A stretch of DNA of 64,000 nucleotides, taken from contig CM097888.1 in the NCBI GenBank assembly GCA_044892525.1, forward strand, positions 64,170,001 to 64,234,000. The letters run 5' to 3'. The notes under the pieces were generated by a model. The model ran no database searches. It saw only the letters and a program-made list of their open reading frames with translations, and was not told the DNA's origin. This stretch comes from Schmidtea polychroa. Lineage: Eukaryota. Position numbers and translations under genes: made by a program. Shown piece after piece: positions 29,901-44,900 of this stretch (positions within the stretch are counted from its first letter, which is position 1; each line of letters starts with the position of its first letter).

Positions 29901-32900
29901 AATGGAGAAAATGAAGATGGGATGGAAGTAAATGATAAATAAATGATAAATATAATTTAATAATAATAATTGAACATAGATATTAGAAACATATGTGAAA
30001 TCAAGAATAGATGAAAAAGTGAATTTATTTGATCGGATCAATGCATGTCTGTGTGATGATGTGGATAATGGAAATGTTGATGATGTGAGACCCGATGTGA
30101 AGGAGTTAAAGGCGAAATCTGATAAAGTTAAATCTCTATTTAATGAGGTTTGCTTAATTTATTTTTATTCAATTTAATTTGAAACATTTATCGATTACAC
30201 ATTTTTATTATTGTATACATTTTTTTATTTAATAGAATCGATATTTTTTATTACATAATTATAATCAATTTATTTAAGTAGTAAAACAAATTATTTTCTT
30301 CCTTTCACGAAAACCATAATTTTTATGAATATATATAATTAAAAGTCTATCCTAAAGTTTTATCAATGCAACATATAAAAACATTTAGCGCTAATTTCAT
30401 AAAAAAAAATTAGGAATGCAATTTCCTTGTTTTATTATTTAATTTCTTTATCTAAAATTTAGTAATTATTAGACTTATTCAAGAAATGTTTGCTTCTTTG
30501 TCTTTATGTGCGTTTTCTCTTAAAAAGATTGATTTTGAGTATGATATCGTTAAAAATCTCGGAAATGGAATTTTGTGTTGACAAGAATATTATTAGCGAA
30601 ATTCGTAAGAACATGTTTGACTATATTACACTTCTACACCAAAATGAGCCTGGCGTCCTACTTTTGACACAAATAGACCAAAAGATACCAAAAGTAATTT
30701 TTTGAGAATAAATTTTAATTAGTCAACAGAGAAGACGGAAGAGTTATTCCCACGTAAATCGTGTTTGATGTCTTGCTTATAATTTTCATAATTCCTATAT
30801 TCTTCTTAAATAAATAAATATATCTTGTGAAAACTATAAACCAATAGCACGTTCCATACATTACATTGATATATGAAAATTAGTTGTAAGTTATTTAATA
30901 TTTTATAGGATATTGACATTGCTAGTCTAAATCTTCATATGAAACTTATACAACATCCATTTGGGAAAATATTTAGTTATACACAAACATTGAAAAATAT
31001 TATTTTCTAAAAATTCTTCTGAAAACTTCATTAAACTTTAAAATTAAAATATGTACTAAAATTTACAAAATAATATTTATTTTTAAATGTATATTTAGAT
31101 ATTAGGAGCTTGAACTTTATGTTTAGAGTTGGGCTGTAATTCATTAAAAGCTTCGTAAAACTTATCCCCACGCGCTTCCTAAGTTAACTAAAACATATAA
31201 AGTCAAATTAGAAAGACATGTAACGAAACTATTTTGAATCGTTTGATATATATATACGAAGAAAATGGTTACAAGGTTGCTGAAAACATCTTACAGTTTG
31301 CTGTTTTGTAACAAGGACTTCAGCAAAATAAAATATCAAACAAAATATTAGGAAATTTAAAATAACTACTTCTTTGAATTATCATATTAATGAGAGCCAG
31401 GTTACAAAAGTCCCACATAAATGAGCGGAGTCTCGTATTATGCATATATTCATAAGCTTTATATTTCACTGTGCATCTCAAAGTTCGAATCCAGAAATTA
31501 AAAATTGCATTTGTTGACAATATTCATAATCATACGATACTAGGAGACAAAAACTACTACAAGTTTGCCTGATTAAATTAATGGAACGTCATGAAGCTAT
31601 CATGAACACTAAAATTGAACGATGCAGTGATTCTTAGTTTTGGAACAATTAAGTTTTTTGTAAAACTGAGATTCGTCTATTACCGCAATTTTTGAATAAT
31701 TTGTTCTGTTAATTTGATTTTATAATATCATCATTAGGCATGTCAAATATATTTGTGAGTACTTTTTTTGTTTCAAATATTGAAAAATTGTGTTTTGACC
31801 TCTTAACTGACCTAAACTTGGTTGAGTATATAAGAGTCAATTAGATACCGTTCGCAAAACATTAAATTTTTCTTTTAAAGAGATTTATGAACAATGGTGC
31901 ATGAAAGATAATTGTAATATTAACATTAAAAAGCTAAATACTGCAACTACAAAACATTAAAGTGCAATGCTCCAACTGATTATATTGAAAAGTATTTCAG
32001 AAATATTTTCATTCTCCTAGTGAAAATAATTCTTCTCTGGAGCTTTTGTAGTATAATTTCGAATTAAGTAATTCAAGAGCTTTGTAAAATGAAAACTGAA
32101 TTTTATTCTCCGAATTTTTATAAAAATCTTTTGACTTATTTAATTTGCATAATACTAATTTTATCGGTTCAATTCGACCTACCAAGATCAAATCTCAAGC
32201 ACGTCATTTGTAACGGTTTCAGATATATTTTATTTTGTAATAAAATTTGACAATTTATTTTATTATTCAATGATAAATAAAAATTTTTTAGAGATGGTTG
32301 ATACTTTTACAAGTGATTTATTAGCATTCCTGTACAGAAAACTTTAATAAACCAAATGTTACTTTAATTGAACTAAAAAGTTACAAACTGATTTTGCTTC
32401 ATCATTATGTTGAGGATACCTAAAATAGTTATTAAAAGGATTGAAATAATTGAAATAAAATAAACAAATAAGAAAAAATATATTGTTTCAGACTCCTAAA
32501 AGGCAAGAGGAAAAAAATTCGGAAAATAAGAAAAATAATTGTAGAAAGAATAGAATACAACAATTGATTAGATAATAAAAAGTAACTTATTAATTTTCAA
32601 ATGCAAATCAAAACAAAATTTGGAAAGTGAAAAACAATCAAAAAAGGAATTGTTATTATTTCCACTGTTTGTCTGAGATTACGAAGCAAATAAGAGTAAA
32701 ACACTAAAAATTCGTTTGTTAACCAAAATCATTCATAATACAATGTTTGGACAAACAACCAGATTATCAAGATATTGTTCAATATTATAAAGTTAAAAGA
32801 GAAAGCAAAACTAAGTACGACAAAATTTTAAACAGAAAATGTATAAGTAGTGAAAACAAATAAAGGGAAATCATAATTGAGATAGGGGTTTAGAGATTTT

Positions 32901-35900
32901 AAAGAAATTGATAGTTTATTGTAAGTTAAAAGGAAGAAACCTCTAAGTCATATAAATTAAATCAGTCAAGCAAATTGCTTTGAAATATTTGAATTTGAAT
33001 TATGTCCATGAATAGGCCTTTATAAAATACAATTCCTTATAATGTACTTTAAACAACTGAAAACTGCTAAATTGCCTAATCATATTGTTTGGTTATGCTC
33101 AATAAAGTGAAAATTAAATTGTTATAGTGCTGATTTTTCAACATTTACATTGATTGGAATTCGCAGCTGATGTTAAGCATGAAAAGATAAAAATCAGATC
33201 AAATGATATTAATTTCAAATTTATATCATTCCAAATATTGTTAGACAATTTAAATAAATAAGTATGAATAATAAAATTGATGAATTAATTAAACTTTACA
33301 GAACTTTACAAAAATATATGAAATTTGATTAATTTCTAAAATAAAATCTCAATTTAATTAATTACATTATAAATTTTATGCAAGAAAATTTTAATAAAAA
33401 TCTTGTTTTAGTTAAAAAATAATATCGTCATTCAGAATTTATTATTCTTACAAGATATAATAAAATGCAATTTCTTAATAATTAAAATAAAAATTAATTC
33501 ATTAACAAAATTAATAAAGAAAATTAGTCAAATAATTTCAATGTCGAAATTTAAATTTCAATTTGAAATTGATGTTTTCTAAATGATGCTCATTTAAAAT
33601 TAAAAATTTATTTCATTTTCAAATTCTACAACATAATAAAAATAGGAAATTTAAATCATTTATTTTTAAATAAAAAGAAATGTGTATACTTTTTATTATT
33701 CCACTCTAATCTGATAGCAATACTGAATAATAATATATAATAAAGATTTCTATTTTACAAAAAGAAATGCAATTAATTGCAAATTAATATAGTTGAATGA
33801 TCAAAAAAATTGTGACAAACTCCAAAATTGGTTTGCTATTCATATCGGAACCAACTTTCAAGTATTTATTAAATGCTTTTAAATGCAATGAAACGTATTT
33901 TTGTAGAATCTTTTAGAAAATGTAGAAATCACTGAAGTGATAAAATGCGATGCAATATCTGGAAATGAAAATAACAAAACGATTATTATTGGTGTGAAAC
34001 TTGAAAATGCAGATGAAATAATTAGTAAATTCATTAATAATTTTATTTACGAAATAATATATATTTCTATGTATCAGGTATTGAGGAAGCAATTGTTGAA
34101 AACTTGATCAATGTAGAATATCAAACTTGTAAATGCAATAGAGAAAACAAAGATGAAATGAGTTGGAAAAACGCAATCGAAGAGAAACTAATGATTGCAT
34201 GTGAAATTAATAAAAACATGATTACACCGGAATATATGAAATGTCTAATAGAAAGTAACACAAATGAATACATAAATACAGATGAAATGGAAATCCTCGG
34301 AGCAGTAAATACATCGAACAATAAACTATTGGAAACAAATGAAGCAATTGAGGCAAATATATTAGATTTGCATGGGCATTTATTTATGGATGAATTATCA
34401 AACCATTTGATACCATTGAGGCAAGCAATTGACAATGGATATGTATTGGCAAAGAAAAAAGATTTGGATTGTAAATTGCATCGAGTATTTGTTGGATCTG
34501 TAAAAGTTGGTAAAGACCAAACCGAAATGAGCTTAGAAGAAGCGATAAAAGCGAAAGTTATTGATCAATTAGAAAATGTTTACAGAATCGAAGAAGAAAA
34601 CATAGAAATACGAATAATGGATGCGATAATGTTGGGAATAATAAATATTGAAAACAAAACTGATGACGAAGAAATCAATTCTAAATCTTTTGCAATTGTA
34701 CAAAGGAAACCGACTGATCCGGAAATCGAAGAATTATGTGAATATTCATCAAATAAAGAATTGAACATGAAAATATTGTGCAGGGCAATTGAATGTGATT
34801 GCATGAATGAATTTCTGATTTACGATGATGTGAAAGAAAGTATTGCGAAAAGCATATTCAACAATCATTTAGAACTAGATCCAATGATTTGTGATGTAGG
34901 CGAAGAAAAGCAAAGTATCCTAAAAGGATTCGTAAAGGGCTTGATCGATTATGAAGAAATGAAACGGTTGTTAGAAAATGTGAAAGATTTATTTGTCGGA
35001 GAAATATTAGAAACGATTAATGAAGATTCAAATGGAAAAGAAATAATGAAAGCATTGAATAGTGATGAAATGAAAGATCGATATGAGGAAATGTTAATAA
35101 TTGATGAAAAGAATTTCACAATAGAAAGTGTATCAAATATTGATGAAAATGATGAGAATAAGAAATATCGAACAAAGATTAATGTTGGAAAATTATTGAA
35201 AAATCTTAATCAATTGAAATGTTTTGATAAATTTGGAATCGACACAATTGAGAATGCAGTCATTGGAAGGAATGAAGATAGAAAGGAAGAGTTTGAAATG
35301 ACAATATTTGAATCAGTAATGAATGGAACTTTTGATTTGGATGAATTGGAAACATTTGATGAGAAAGAAAAAGAAATGTGTTCAATGATTGAAAGTGTGA
35401 AACGAGGACTGATTGATGTGAAAACGGCAGAAAATATTTTGGATTGTTTAGAATCAATGAGCTTTGAAGAACTAATAAAAGCCAAAATATTTGACATTGA
35501 AAACAATTGTTTTGATGAAAATTTGTCATTGGAAGAAGCGATTGAAGAAGATTTGTTGAAACCAGAAGTTGTATATATGAATCTATGTGAAGGAAATAAA
35601 TTAATAAATTTAAGTAAAATGATTGAATGTGGAATGTTGAATTCTTCGGAAAACGAAGTGAAGATCGAGAAAAGAAATGGCGAAATAGTTGAAATGAAAT
35701 TGAATGAAGCACTGAAGGAAGAAAACGGAATATTGTCATGTGCTATCAATAGTGAAGAAATAAAAAAGCAATTTCCAAGACAATTGAAAGACTTGTTAGC
35801 AAATGAAGAAGTCAATAAAGAGAATGACATAATAATATTTCCTGAAACAAGAATAAAACCAATGCTGATAAATGATGGATTAAAGAACGGTTTGTTGAAT

Positions 35901-38900
35901 GAAGAATCAATGGTGAAATTAATTGAATATAATTTGGAAAGCGGAGTAAATTCAATGGAATATTGCGGGGATGCAGAAATTGCAGATCTCATCAATGATT
36001 TGAATGAATTATCAATGATATTACCTGAATTATTAATGAGTTTGAAAAATGGAGAAAATGAAGATGGGATGGAAGTAAATGATAAATAAATGATAAATAT
36101 AATTTAATAATAATAATTGAACATAGATATTAGAAACATATGTGAAATCAAGAATAGATGAAAAAGTGAATTTATTTGATCGGATCAATGCATGTCTGTG
36201 TGATGATGTGGATAATGGAAATGTTGATGATGTGAGACCCGATGTGAAGGAGTTAAAGGCGAAATCTGATAAAGTTAAATCTCTATTTAATGAGGTTTGC
36301 TTAATTTATTTTTATTCAATTTAATTTGAAACATTTATCGATTACACATTTTTATTATTGTATACATTTTTTTATTTAATAGAATCGATATTTTTTATTA
36401 CATAATTATAATCAATTTATTTAAGTAGTAAAACAAATTATTTTCTTCCTTTCACGAAAACCATAATTTTTATGAATATATATAATTAAAAGTCTATCCT
36501 AAAGTTTTATCAATGCAACATATAAAAACATTTAGCGCTAATTTCATAAAAAAAAATTAGGAATGCAATTTCCTTGTTTTATTATTTAATTTCTTTATCT
36601 AAAATTTAGTAATTATTAGACTTATTCAAGAAATGTTTGCTTCTTTGTCTTTATGTGCGTTTTCTCTTAAAAAGATTGATTTTGAGTATGATATCGTTAA
36701 AAATCTCGGAAATGGAATTTTGTGTTGACAAGAATATTATTAGCGAAATTCGTAAGAACATGTTTGACTATATTACACTTCTACACCAAAATGAGCCTGG
36801 CGTCCTACTTTTGACACAAATAGACCAAAAGATACCAAAAGTAATTTTTTGAGAATAAATTTTAATTAGTCAACAGAGAAGACGGAAGAGTTATTCCCAC
36901 GTAAATCGTGTTTGATGTCTTGCTTATAATTTTCATAATTCCTATATTCTTCTTAAATAAATAAATATATCTTGTGAAAACTATAAACCAATAGCACGTT
37001 CCATACATTACATTGATATATGAAAATTAGTTGTAAGTTATTTAATATTTTATAGGATATTGACATTGCTAGTCTAAATCTTCATATGAAACTTATACAA
37101 CATCCATTTGGGAAAATATTTAGTTATACACAAACATTGAAAAATATTATTTTCTAAAAATTCTTCTGAAAACTTCATTAAACTTTAAAATTAAAATATG
37201 TACTAAAATTTACAAAATAATATTTATTTTTAAATGTATATTTAGATATTAGGAGCTTGAACTTTATGTTTAGAGTTGGGCTGTAATTCATTAAAAGCTT
37301 CGTAAAACTTATCCCCACGCGCTTCCTAAGTTAACTAAAACATATAAAGTCAAATTAGAAAGACATGTAACGAAACTATTTTGAATCGTTTGATATATAT
37401 ATACGAAGAAAATGGTTACAAGGTTGCTGAAAACATCTTACAGTTTGCTGTTTTGTAACAAGGACTTCAGCAAAATAAAATATCAAACAAAATATTAGGA
37501 AATTTAAAATAACTACTTCTTTGAATTATCATATTAATGAGAGCCAGGTTACAAAAGTCCCACATAAATGAGCGGAGTCTCGTATTATGCATATATTCAT
37601 AAGCTTTATATTTCACTGTGCATCTCAAAGTTCGAATCCAGAAATTAAAAATTGCATTTGTTGACAATATTCATAATCATACGATACTAGGAGACAAAAA
37701 CTACTACAAGTTTGCCTGATTAAATTAATGGAACGTCATGAAGCTATCATGAACACTAAAATTGAACGATGCAGTGATTCTTAGTTTTGGAACAATTAAG
37801 TTTTTTGTAAAACTGAGATTCGTCTATTACCGCAATTTTTGAATAATTTGTTCTGTTAATTTGATTTTATAATATCATCATTAGGCATGTCAAATATATT
37901 TGTGAGTACTTTTTTTGTTTCAAATATTGAAAAATTGTGTTTTGATCTCTTAACTGACCTAAACTTGGTTGAGTATATAAGAGTCAATTAGATACCGTTC
38001 GCAAAACATTAAATTTTTCTTTTAAAGAGATTTATGAACAATGGTGCATGAAAGATAATTGTAATATTAACATTAAAAAGCTAAATACTGCAACTACAAA
38101 ACATTAAAGTGCAATGCTCCAACTGATTATATTGAAAAGTATTTCAGAAATATTTTCATTCTCCTAGTGAAAATAATTCTTCTCTGGAGCTTTTGTAGTA
38201 TAATTTCGAATTAAGTAATTCAAGAGCTTTGTAAAATGAAAACTGAATTTTATTCTCCGAATTTTTATAAAAATCTTTTGACTTATTTAATTTGCATAAT
38301 ACTAATTTTATCGGTTCAATTCGACCTACCAAGATCAAATCTCAAGCACGTCATTTGTAACGGTTTCAGATATATTTTATTTTGTAATAAAATTTGACAA
38401 TTTATTTTATTATTCAATGATAAATAAAAATTTTTTAGAGATGGTTGATACTTTTACAAGTGATTTATTAGCATTCCTGTACAGAAAACTTTAATAAACC
38501 AAATGTTACTTTAATTGAACTAAAAAGTTACAAACTGATTTTGCTTCATCATTATGTTGAGGATACCTAAAATAGTTATTAAAAGGATTGAAATAATTGA
38601 AATAAAATAAACAAATAAGAAAAAATATATTGTTTCAGACTCCTAAAAGGCAAGAGGAAAAAAATTCGGAAAATAAGAAAAATAATTGTAGAAAGAATAG
38701 AATACAACAATTGATTAGATAATAAAAAGTAACTTATTAATTTTCAAATGCAAATCAAAACAAAATTTGGAAAGTGAAAAACAATCAAAAAAGGAATTGT
38801 TATTATTTCCACTGTTTGTCTGAGATTACGAAGCAAATAAGAGTAAAACACTAAAAATTCGTTTGTTAACCAAAATCATTCATAATACAATGTTTGGACA

Positions 38901-41900
38901 AACAACCAGATTATCAAGATATTGTTCAATATTATAAAGTTAAAAGAGAAAGCAAAACTAAGTACGACAAAATTTTAAACAGAAAATGTATAAGTAGTGA
39001 AAACAAATAAAGGGAAATCATAATTGAGATAGGGGTTTAGAGATTTTAAAGAAATTGATAGTTTATTGTAAGTTAAAAGGAAGAAACCTCTAAGTCATAT
39101 AAATTAAATCAGTCAAGCAAATTGCTTTGAAATATTTGAATTTGAATTATGTCCATGAATAGGCCTTTATAAAATACAATTCCTTATAATGTACTTTAAA
39201 CAACTGAAAACTGCTAAATTGCCTAATCATATTGTTTGGTTATGCTCAATAAAGTGAAAATTAAATTGTTATAGTGCTGATTTTTCAACATTTACATTGA
39301 TTGGAATTCGCAGCTGATGTTAAGCATGAAAAGATAAAAATCAGATCAAATGATATTAATTTCAAATTTATATCATTCCAAATATTGTTAGACAATTTAA
39401 ATAAATAAGTATGAATAATAAAATTGATGAATTAATTAAACTTTACAGAACTTTACAAAAATATATGAAATTTGATTAATTTCTAAAATAAAATCTCAAT
39501 TTAATTAATTACATTATAAATTTTATGCAAGAAAATTTTAATAAAAATCTTGTTTTAGTTAAAAAATAATATCGTCATTCAGAATTTATTATTCTTACAA
39601 GATATAATAAAATGCAATTTCTTAATAATTAAAATAAAAATTAATTCATTAACAAAATTAATAAAGAAAATTAGTCAAATAATTTCAATGTCGAAATTTA
39701 AATTTCAATTTGAAATTGATGTTTTCTAAATGATGCTCATTTAAAATTAAAAATTTATTTCATTTTCAAATTCTACAACATAATAAAAATAGGAAATTTA
39801 AATCATTTATTTTTAAATAAAAAGAAATGTGTATACTTTTTATTATTCCACTCTAATCTGATAGCAATACTGAATAATAATATATAATAAAGATTTCTAT
39901 TTTACAAAAAGAAATGCAATTAATTGCAAATTAATATAGTTGAATGATCAAAAAAATTGTGACAAACTCCAAAATTGGTTTGCTATTCATATCGGAACCA
40001 ACTTTCAAGTATTTATTAAATGCTTTTAAATGCAATGAAACGTATTTTTGTAGAATCTTTTAGAAAATGTAGAAATCACTGAAGTGATAAAATGCGATGC
40101 AATATCTGGAAATGAAAATAACAAAACGATTATTATTGGTGTGAAACTTGAAAATGCAGATGAAATAATTAGTAAATTCATTAATAATTTTATTTACGAA
40201 ATAATATATATTTCTATGTATCAGGTATTGAGGAAGCAATTGTTGAAAACTTGATCAATGTAGAATATCAAACTTGTAAATGCAATAGAGAAAACAAAGA
40301 TGAAATGAGTTGGAAAAACGCAATCGAAGAGAAACTAATGATTGCATGTGAAATTAATAAAAACATGATTACACCGGAATATATGAAATGTCTAATAGAA
40401 AGTAACACAAATGAATACATAAATACAGATGAAATGGAAATCCTCGGAGCAGTAAATACATCGAACAATAAACTATTGGAAACAAATGAAGCAATTGAGG
40501 CAAATATATTAGATTTGCATGGGCATTTATTTATGGATGAATTATCAAACCATTTGATACCATTGAGGCAAGCAATTGACAATGGATATGTATTGGCAAA
40601 GAAAAAAGATTTGGATTGTAAATTGCATCGAGTATTTGTTGGATCTGTAAAAGTTGGTAAAGACCAAACCGAAATGAGCTTAGAAGAAGCGATAAAAGCG
40701 AAAGTTATTGATCAATTAGAAAATGTTTACAGAATCGAAGAAGAAAACATAGAAATACGAATAATGGATGCGATAATGTTGGGAATAATAAATATTGAAA
40801 ACAAAACTGATGACGAAGAAATCAATTCTAAATCTTTTGCAATTGTACAAAGGAAACCGACTGATCCGGAAATCGAAGAATTATGTGAATATTCATCAAA
40901 TAAAGAATTGAACATGAAAATATTGTGCAGGGCAATTGAATGTGATTGCATGAATGAATTTCTGATTTACGATGATGTGAAAGAAAGTATTGCGAAAAGC
41001 ATATTCAACAATCATTTAGAACTAGATCCAATGATTTGTGATGTAGGCGAAGAAAAGCAAAGTATCCTAAAAGGATTCGTAAAGGGCTTGATCGATTATG
41101 AAGAAATGAAACGGTTGTTAGAAAATGTGAAAGATTTATTTGTCGGAGAAATATTAGAAACGATTAATGAAGATTCAAATGGAAAAGAAATAATGAAAGC
41201 ATTGAATAGTGATGAAATGAAAGATCGATATGAGGAAATGTTAATAATTGATGAAAAGAATTTCACAATAGAAAGTGTATCAAATATTGATGAAAATGAT
41301 GAGAATAAGAAATATCGAACAAAGATTAATGTTGGAAAATTATTGAAAAATCTTAATCAATTGAAATGTTTTGATAAATTTGGAATCGACACAATTGAGA
41401 ATGCAGTCATTGGAAGGAATGAAGATAGAAAGGAAGAGTTTGAAATGACAATATTTGAATCAGTAATGAATGGAACTTTTGATTTGGATGAATTGGAAAC
41501 ATTTGATGAGAAAGAAAAAGAAATGTGTTCAATGATTGAAAGTGTGAAACGAGGACTGATTGATGTGAAAACGGCAGAAAATATTTTGGATTGTTTAGAA
41601 TCAATGAGCTTTGAAGAACTAATAAAAGCCAAAATATTTGACATTGAAAACAATTGTTTTGATGAAAATTTGTCATTGGAAGAAGCAATTGAAGAAGATT
41701 TGTTGAAACCAGAAGTTGTATATATGAATCTATGTGAAGGAAATAAATTAATAAATTTAAGTAAAATGATTGAATGTGGAATGTTGAATTCTTCGGAAAA
41801 CGAAGTGAAGATCGAGAAAAGAAATGGCGAAATAGTTGAAATGAAATTGAATGAAGCACTGAAGGAAGAAAACGGAATATTGTCATGTGCTATCAATAGT

Positions 41901-44900
41901 GAAGAAATAAAAAAGCAATTTCCAAGACAATTGAAAGACTTGTTAGCAAATGAAGAAGTCAATAAAGAGAATGACATAATAATATTTCCTGAAACAAGAA
42001 TAAAACCAATGCTGATAAATGATGGATTAAAGAACGGTTTGTTGAATGAAGAATCAATGGTGAACTTCTTTGAATATAATTTGGAAAGCGGAGTAAATTC
42101 AATGGAATATTGCGGGGATGCAGAAATTGCAGATCTCATCAATGATTTGAATGAATTATCAATGATATTACCTGAATTATTAATGAGTTTGAAAAATGGA
42201 GAAAATGAAGATGGGATGGAAGTAAATGATAAATAAATGATAAATATAATTTAATAATAATAATTGAACATAGATATTAGAAACATATGTGAAATCAAGA
42301 ATAGATGAAAAAGTGAATTTATTTGATCGGATCAATGCATGTCTGTGTGATGATGTGGATAATGGAAATGTTGATGATGTGAGACCCGATGTGAAGGAGT
42401 TAAAGGCGAAATCTGATAAAGTTAAATCTCTATTTAATGAGGTTTGTTAAATAACTGTTTTATATTTTTGATCACTATTTATGCGTTATTAGAAAAAAAT
42501 TAAAATCAATATTTAATACATCTTATATACTATTATTTATTATTATATTTCTTTAATTCGTTTATCGTTCTTAGATTGAGTATAGTATTTTTTTAATAAT
42601 GATTAATATATATTGTTAGTGATATTTAAATAACTAATTTATTAATAAAATATATAGGTAAATAACAAATATTATTATATAGTAAAAGTATTATAAGCAT
42701 TAATGCTGTCACGCATAATTATAATTATTATTAACCCTTTGAGGGCGAAAGGCTCAAAATTTTTTATTCCCCCAAAGGTGCAATTTGCCATAAAAATGAA
42801 GTTTTCCTAAATCGATTTTCAACACTCCACCTTACTGCAGATCGAGATACACTGACGATTATATGAAAAGTATTGAAGACGTATAATTAAAAATATGACT
42901 ATTTTGACAACTATTACAAGCTATAGAATATATTGGTGGAAACTAGAAGTTTTTGGCATTGAGTGGACTAGAATTGAATTTCGCCCTCAAGACCAAAATA
43001 GAGTTCTGCGAATGTAGTCGCACGGCGCCCTCAAAGGGTTGAATTAATTAATTCGCCATTTAAATTGGTTGTTCGATTAAATCCAATTATTACGCAATCA
43101 GTTTTTTGAATATATTTTTCATAAATTAAACTTAAATTGTTGACTTTTGGAATGATAAATATTTAGAAGGAAAAAAAATTAATAAATTAATAAATTATCG
43201 AATGTTCACACCTGATGAAGTTGCACCAATTCTTTGAACTGCAAACCAGATCATGAAGAATCCGAGTCTATACAATATAGACCATCATTTAAATTATTTA
43301 ATTATTAAATTGTAATTTAAATTATTATAATGTCATAAGTAAATTGTCTTAGTTATTATTATGTCATTATTACCAAAACTCATATTTCGTGACCACATAG
43401 GAAATTTGGAGGCAGTTAGTAGTAACCAAACAAAAGAATTTTCGCAATATTTTTTTTACATGCTCTTAGTATTTTTGATTTTAATGTTCTGAAGTACAAT
43501 GACCGAAGTGCAGCAGACCGAAAAATACTTGAAGGATATTGCTGAATGGCTTTAAATCGAATGTCAAAGTGTAATGTGTTTTCGATATTTTATTTAAAAA
43601 TGACGCTGAACTTTTACTTAAGTTTTCTAGAGATAAATTTGTGACATATTTATTAGCAAAGAATTTGTTTTTCGATTATTTTAAAATAATTACAAAACAT
43701 ATTCGATTTATGTTCAGTGATAAAAGAAATAAAAATTATTTGTAACTTTGAGATTAGAGTCCGAAACCTTGTTAAAATTGTATTTCATTCAGAAATGATC
43801 AATGAAGATATTATTGCATATGAAATACAAAATGTTTTCTCAAAGAAAATCTATAAATAAAATCCAGTGTAAAATAAAGGAAGTTAGACTCATTCCGAAA
43901 ATATTTAAAACCATCATTCGAGAGTCAAATTACCAATGAAATTAAGATAACCAGTTACAATAATAGGATAATGAGGAAAAAATAATGATCAAGATGTGAT
44001 ACCTTAATATATACAAAGACCATTTCGTTACAAAAGCTTTCCAAAAACATAAGAGAATATATTTACAAAATTGACACTACAAAACAGAGGACTTCTACTT
44101 CACCTGATTACCGTAGGAAAGTCTCAGAGAATAGAAATAAAATTATTTTACTGACTACATTGTCATTCAACAATACAATGCAAGACCATATATTGGAAAG
44201 AAGAATTTTGATAATTTTGAGCAATCGGTGAACCAAAAATATCAGTCATTAACCAACCAACACAATTACCAGGGCTATAAATCAATGATTAGAGCCTTTA
44301 AATTCCCTTACTAGTAGGATCGAAAAGTCGACAAGGAAAAATCTTAAAGAACTCTGTTAAGGGATACAAACTGGTAGCTGGGAAACAAACGCAAATGCTT
44401 TGATAAGGTTTTGGACAACAACAATTGCAGTTATCCAGGAAATTGTAAAAGCACTGGGTTGAACAGTCAGAAACTATTGAGCAAAGGTTTTATGAGTATT
44501 GTAACGAATAGATGCAGCATTTGATGAAAATAATAATTTTCAAAATAAATTGATTATAAAAATGAAATTCGAATAATAAATTGCAGAAACCACAGGTAAA
44601 GTATTGATGTTAACTGACTTAGCGACGAAATATATACAAAAAAGCGATAATATTATATACAAATATTTGACCGAGTCAAAAGGAAGTACTAAATAAGGAT
44701 ATTTAATGAATTATTATTTAGCGTTTGGACAAACAATATCGGAAAATTCAGAAATGGTGAATGAAGAATTAGTTAAAAAATGATCAGTGGATTCTGAGCG
44801 ACTCAAAGATAGTATGTTCGTATATTAAATAACTTGGAGATTAGAAATGATAATTTTCAAAAGATTCATTTGCGAGAATATATCATAGAAAATGATTTTT

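Larger units (their letters stand above)
27812..42446 (+). repeat. Near-perfect tandem segmental duplication, period 6147 bp (~2.4 units), including the 3645-bp intron
   Basis: All ORFs in the track recur at +6147 (27957/34104/40251; 30490/36637; 31320/37467; 32009/38156). Introns 30148-33792 and 36295-39939 are almost identical by eye (e.g. ttgacc vs ttgatc near 31799/37946). Confidence 0.95.

Noticed and set aside
27812-42446. Pure assembly artefact explanation for the 6147-bp repeat
   Set aside because: Not favoured, because the copies differ by SNPs that are also shared with distant modules. It cannot be fully excluded without reads.
43940-44560. Possible retroelement coding remnant (similar hints at 32700-33000, 55200-55800 and a piggyBac-like stretch at 57100-57480)
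   Set aside because: Only vague motif resemblance with many stops; too weak to call.
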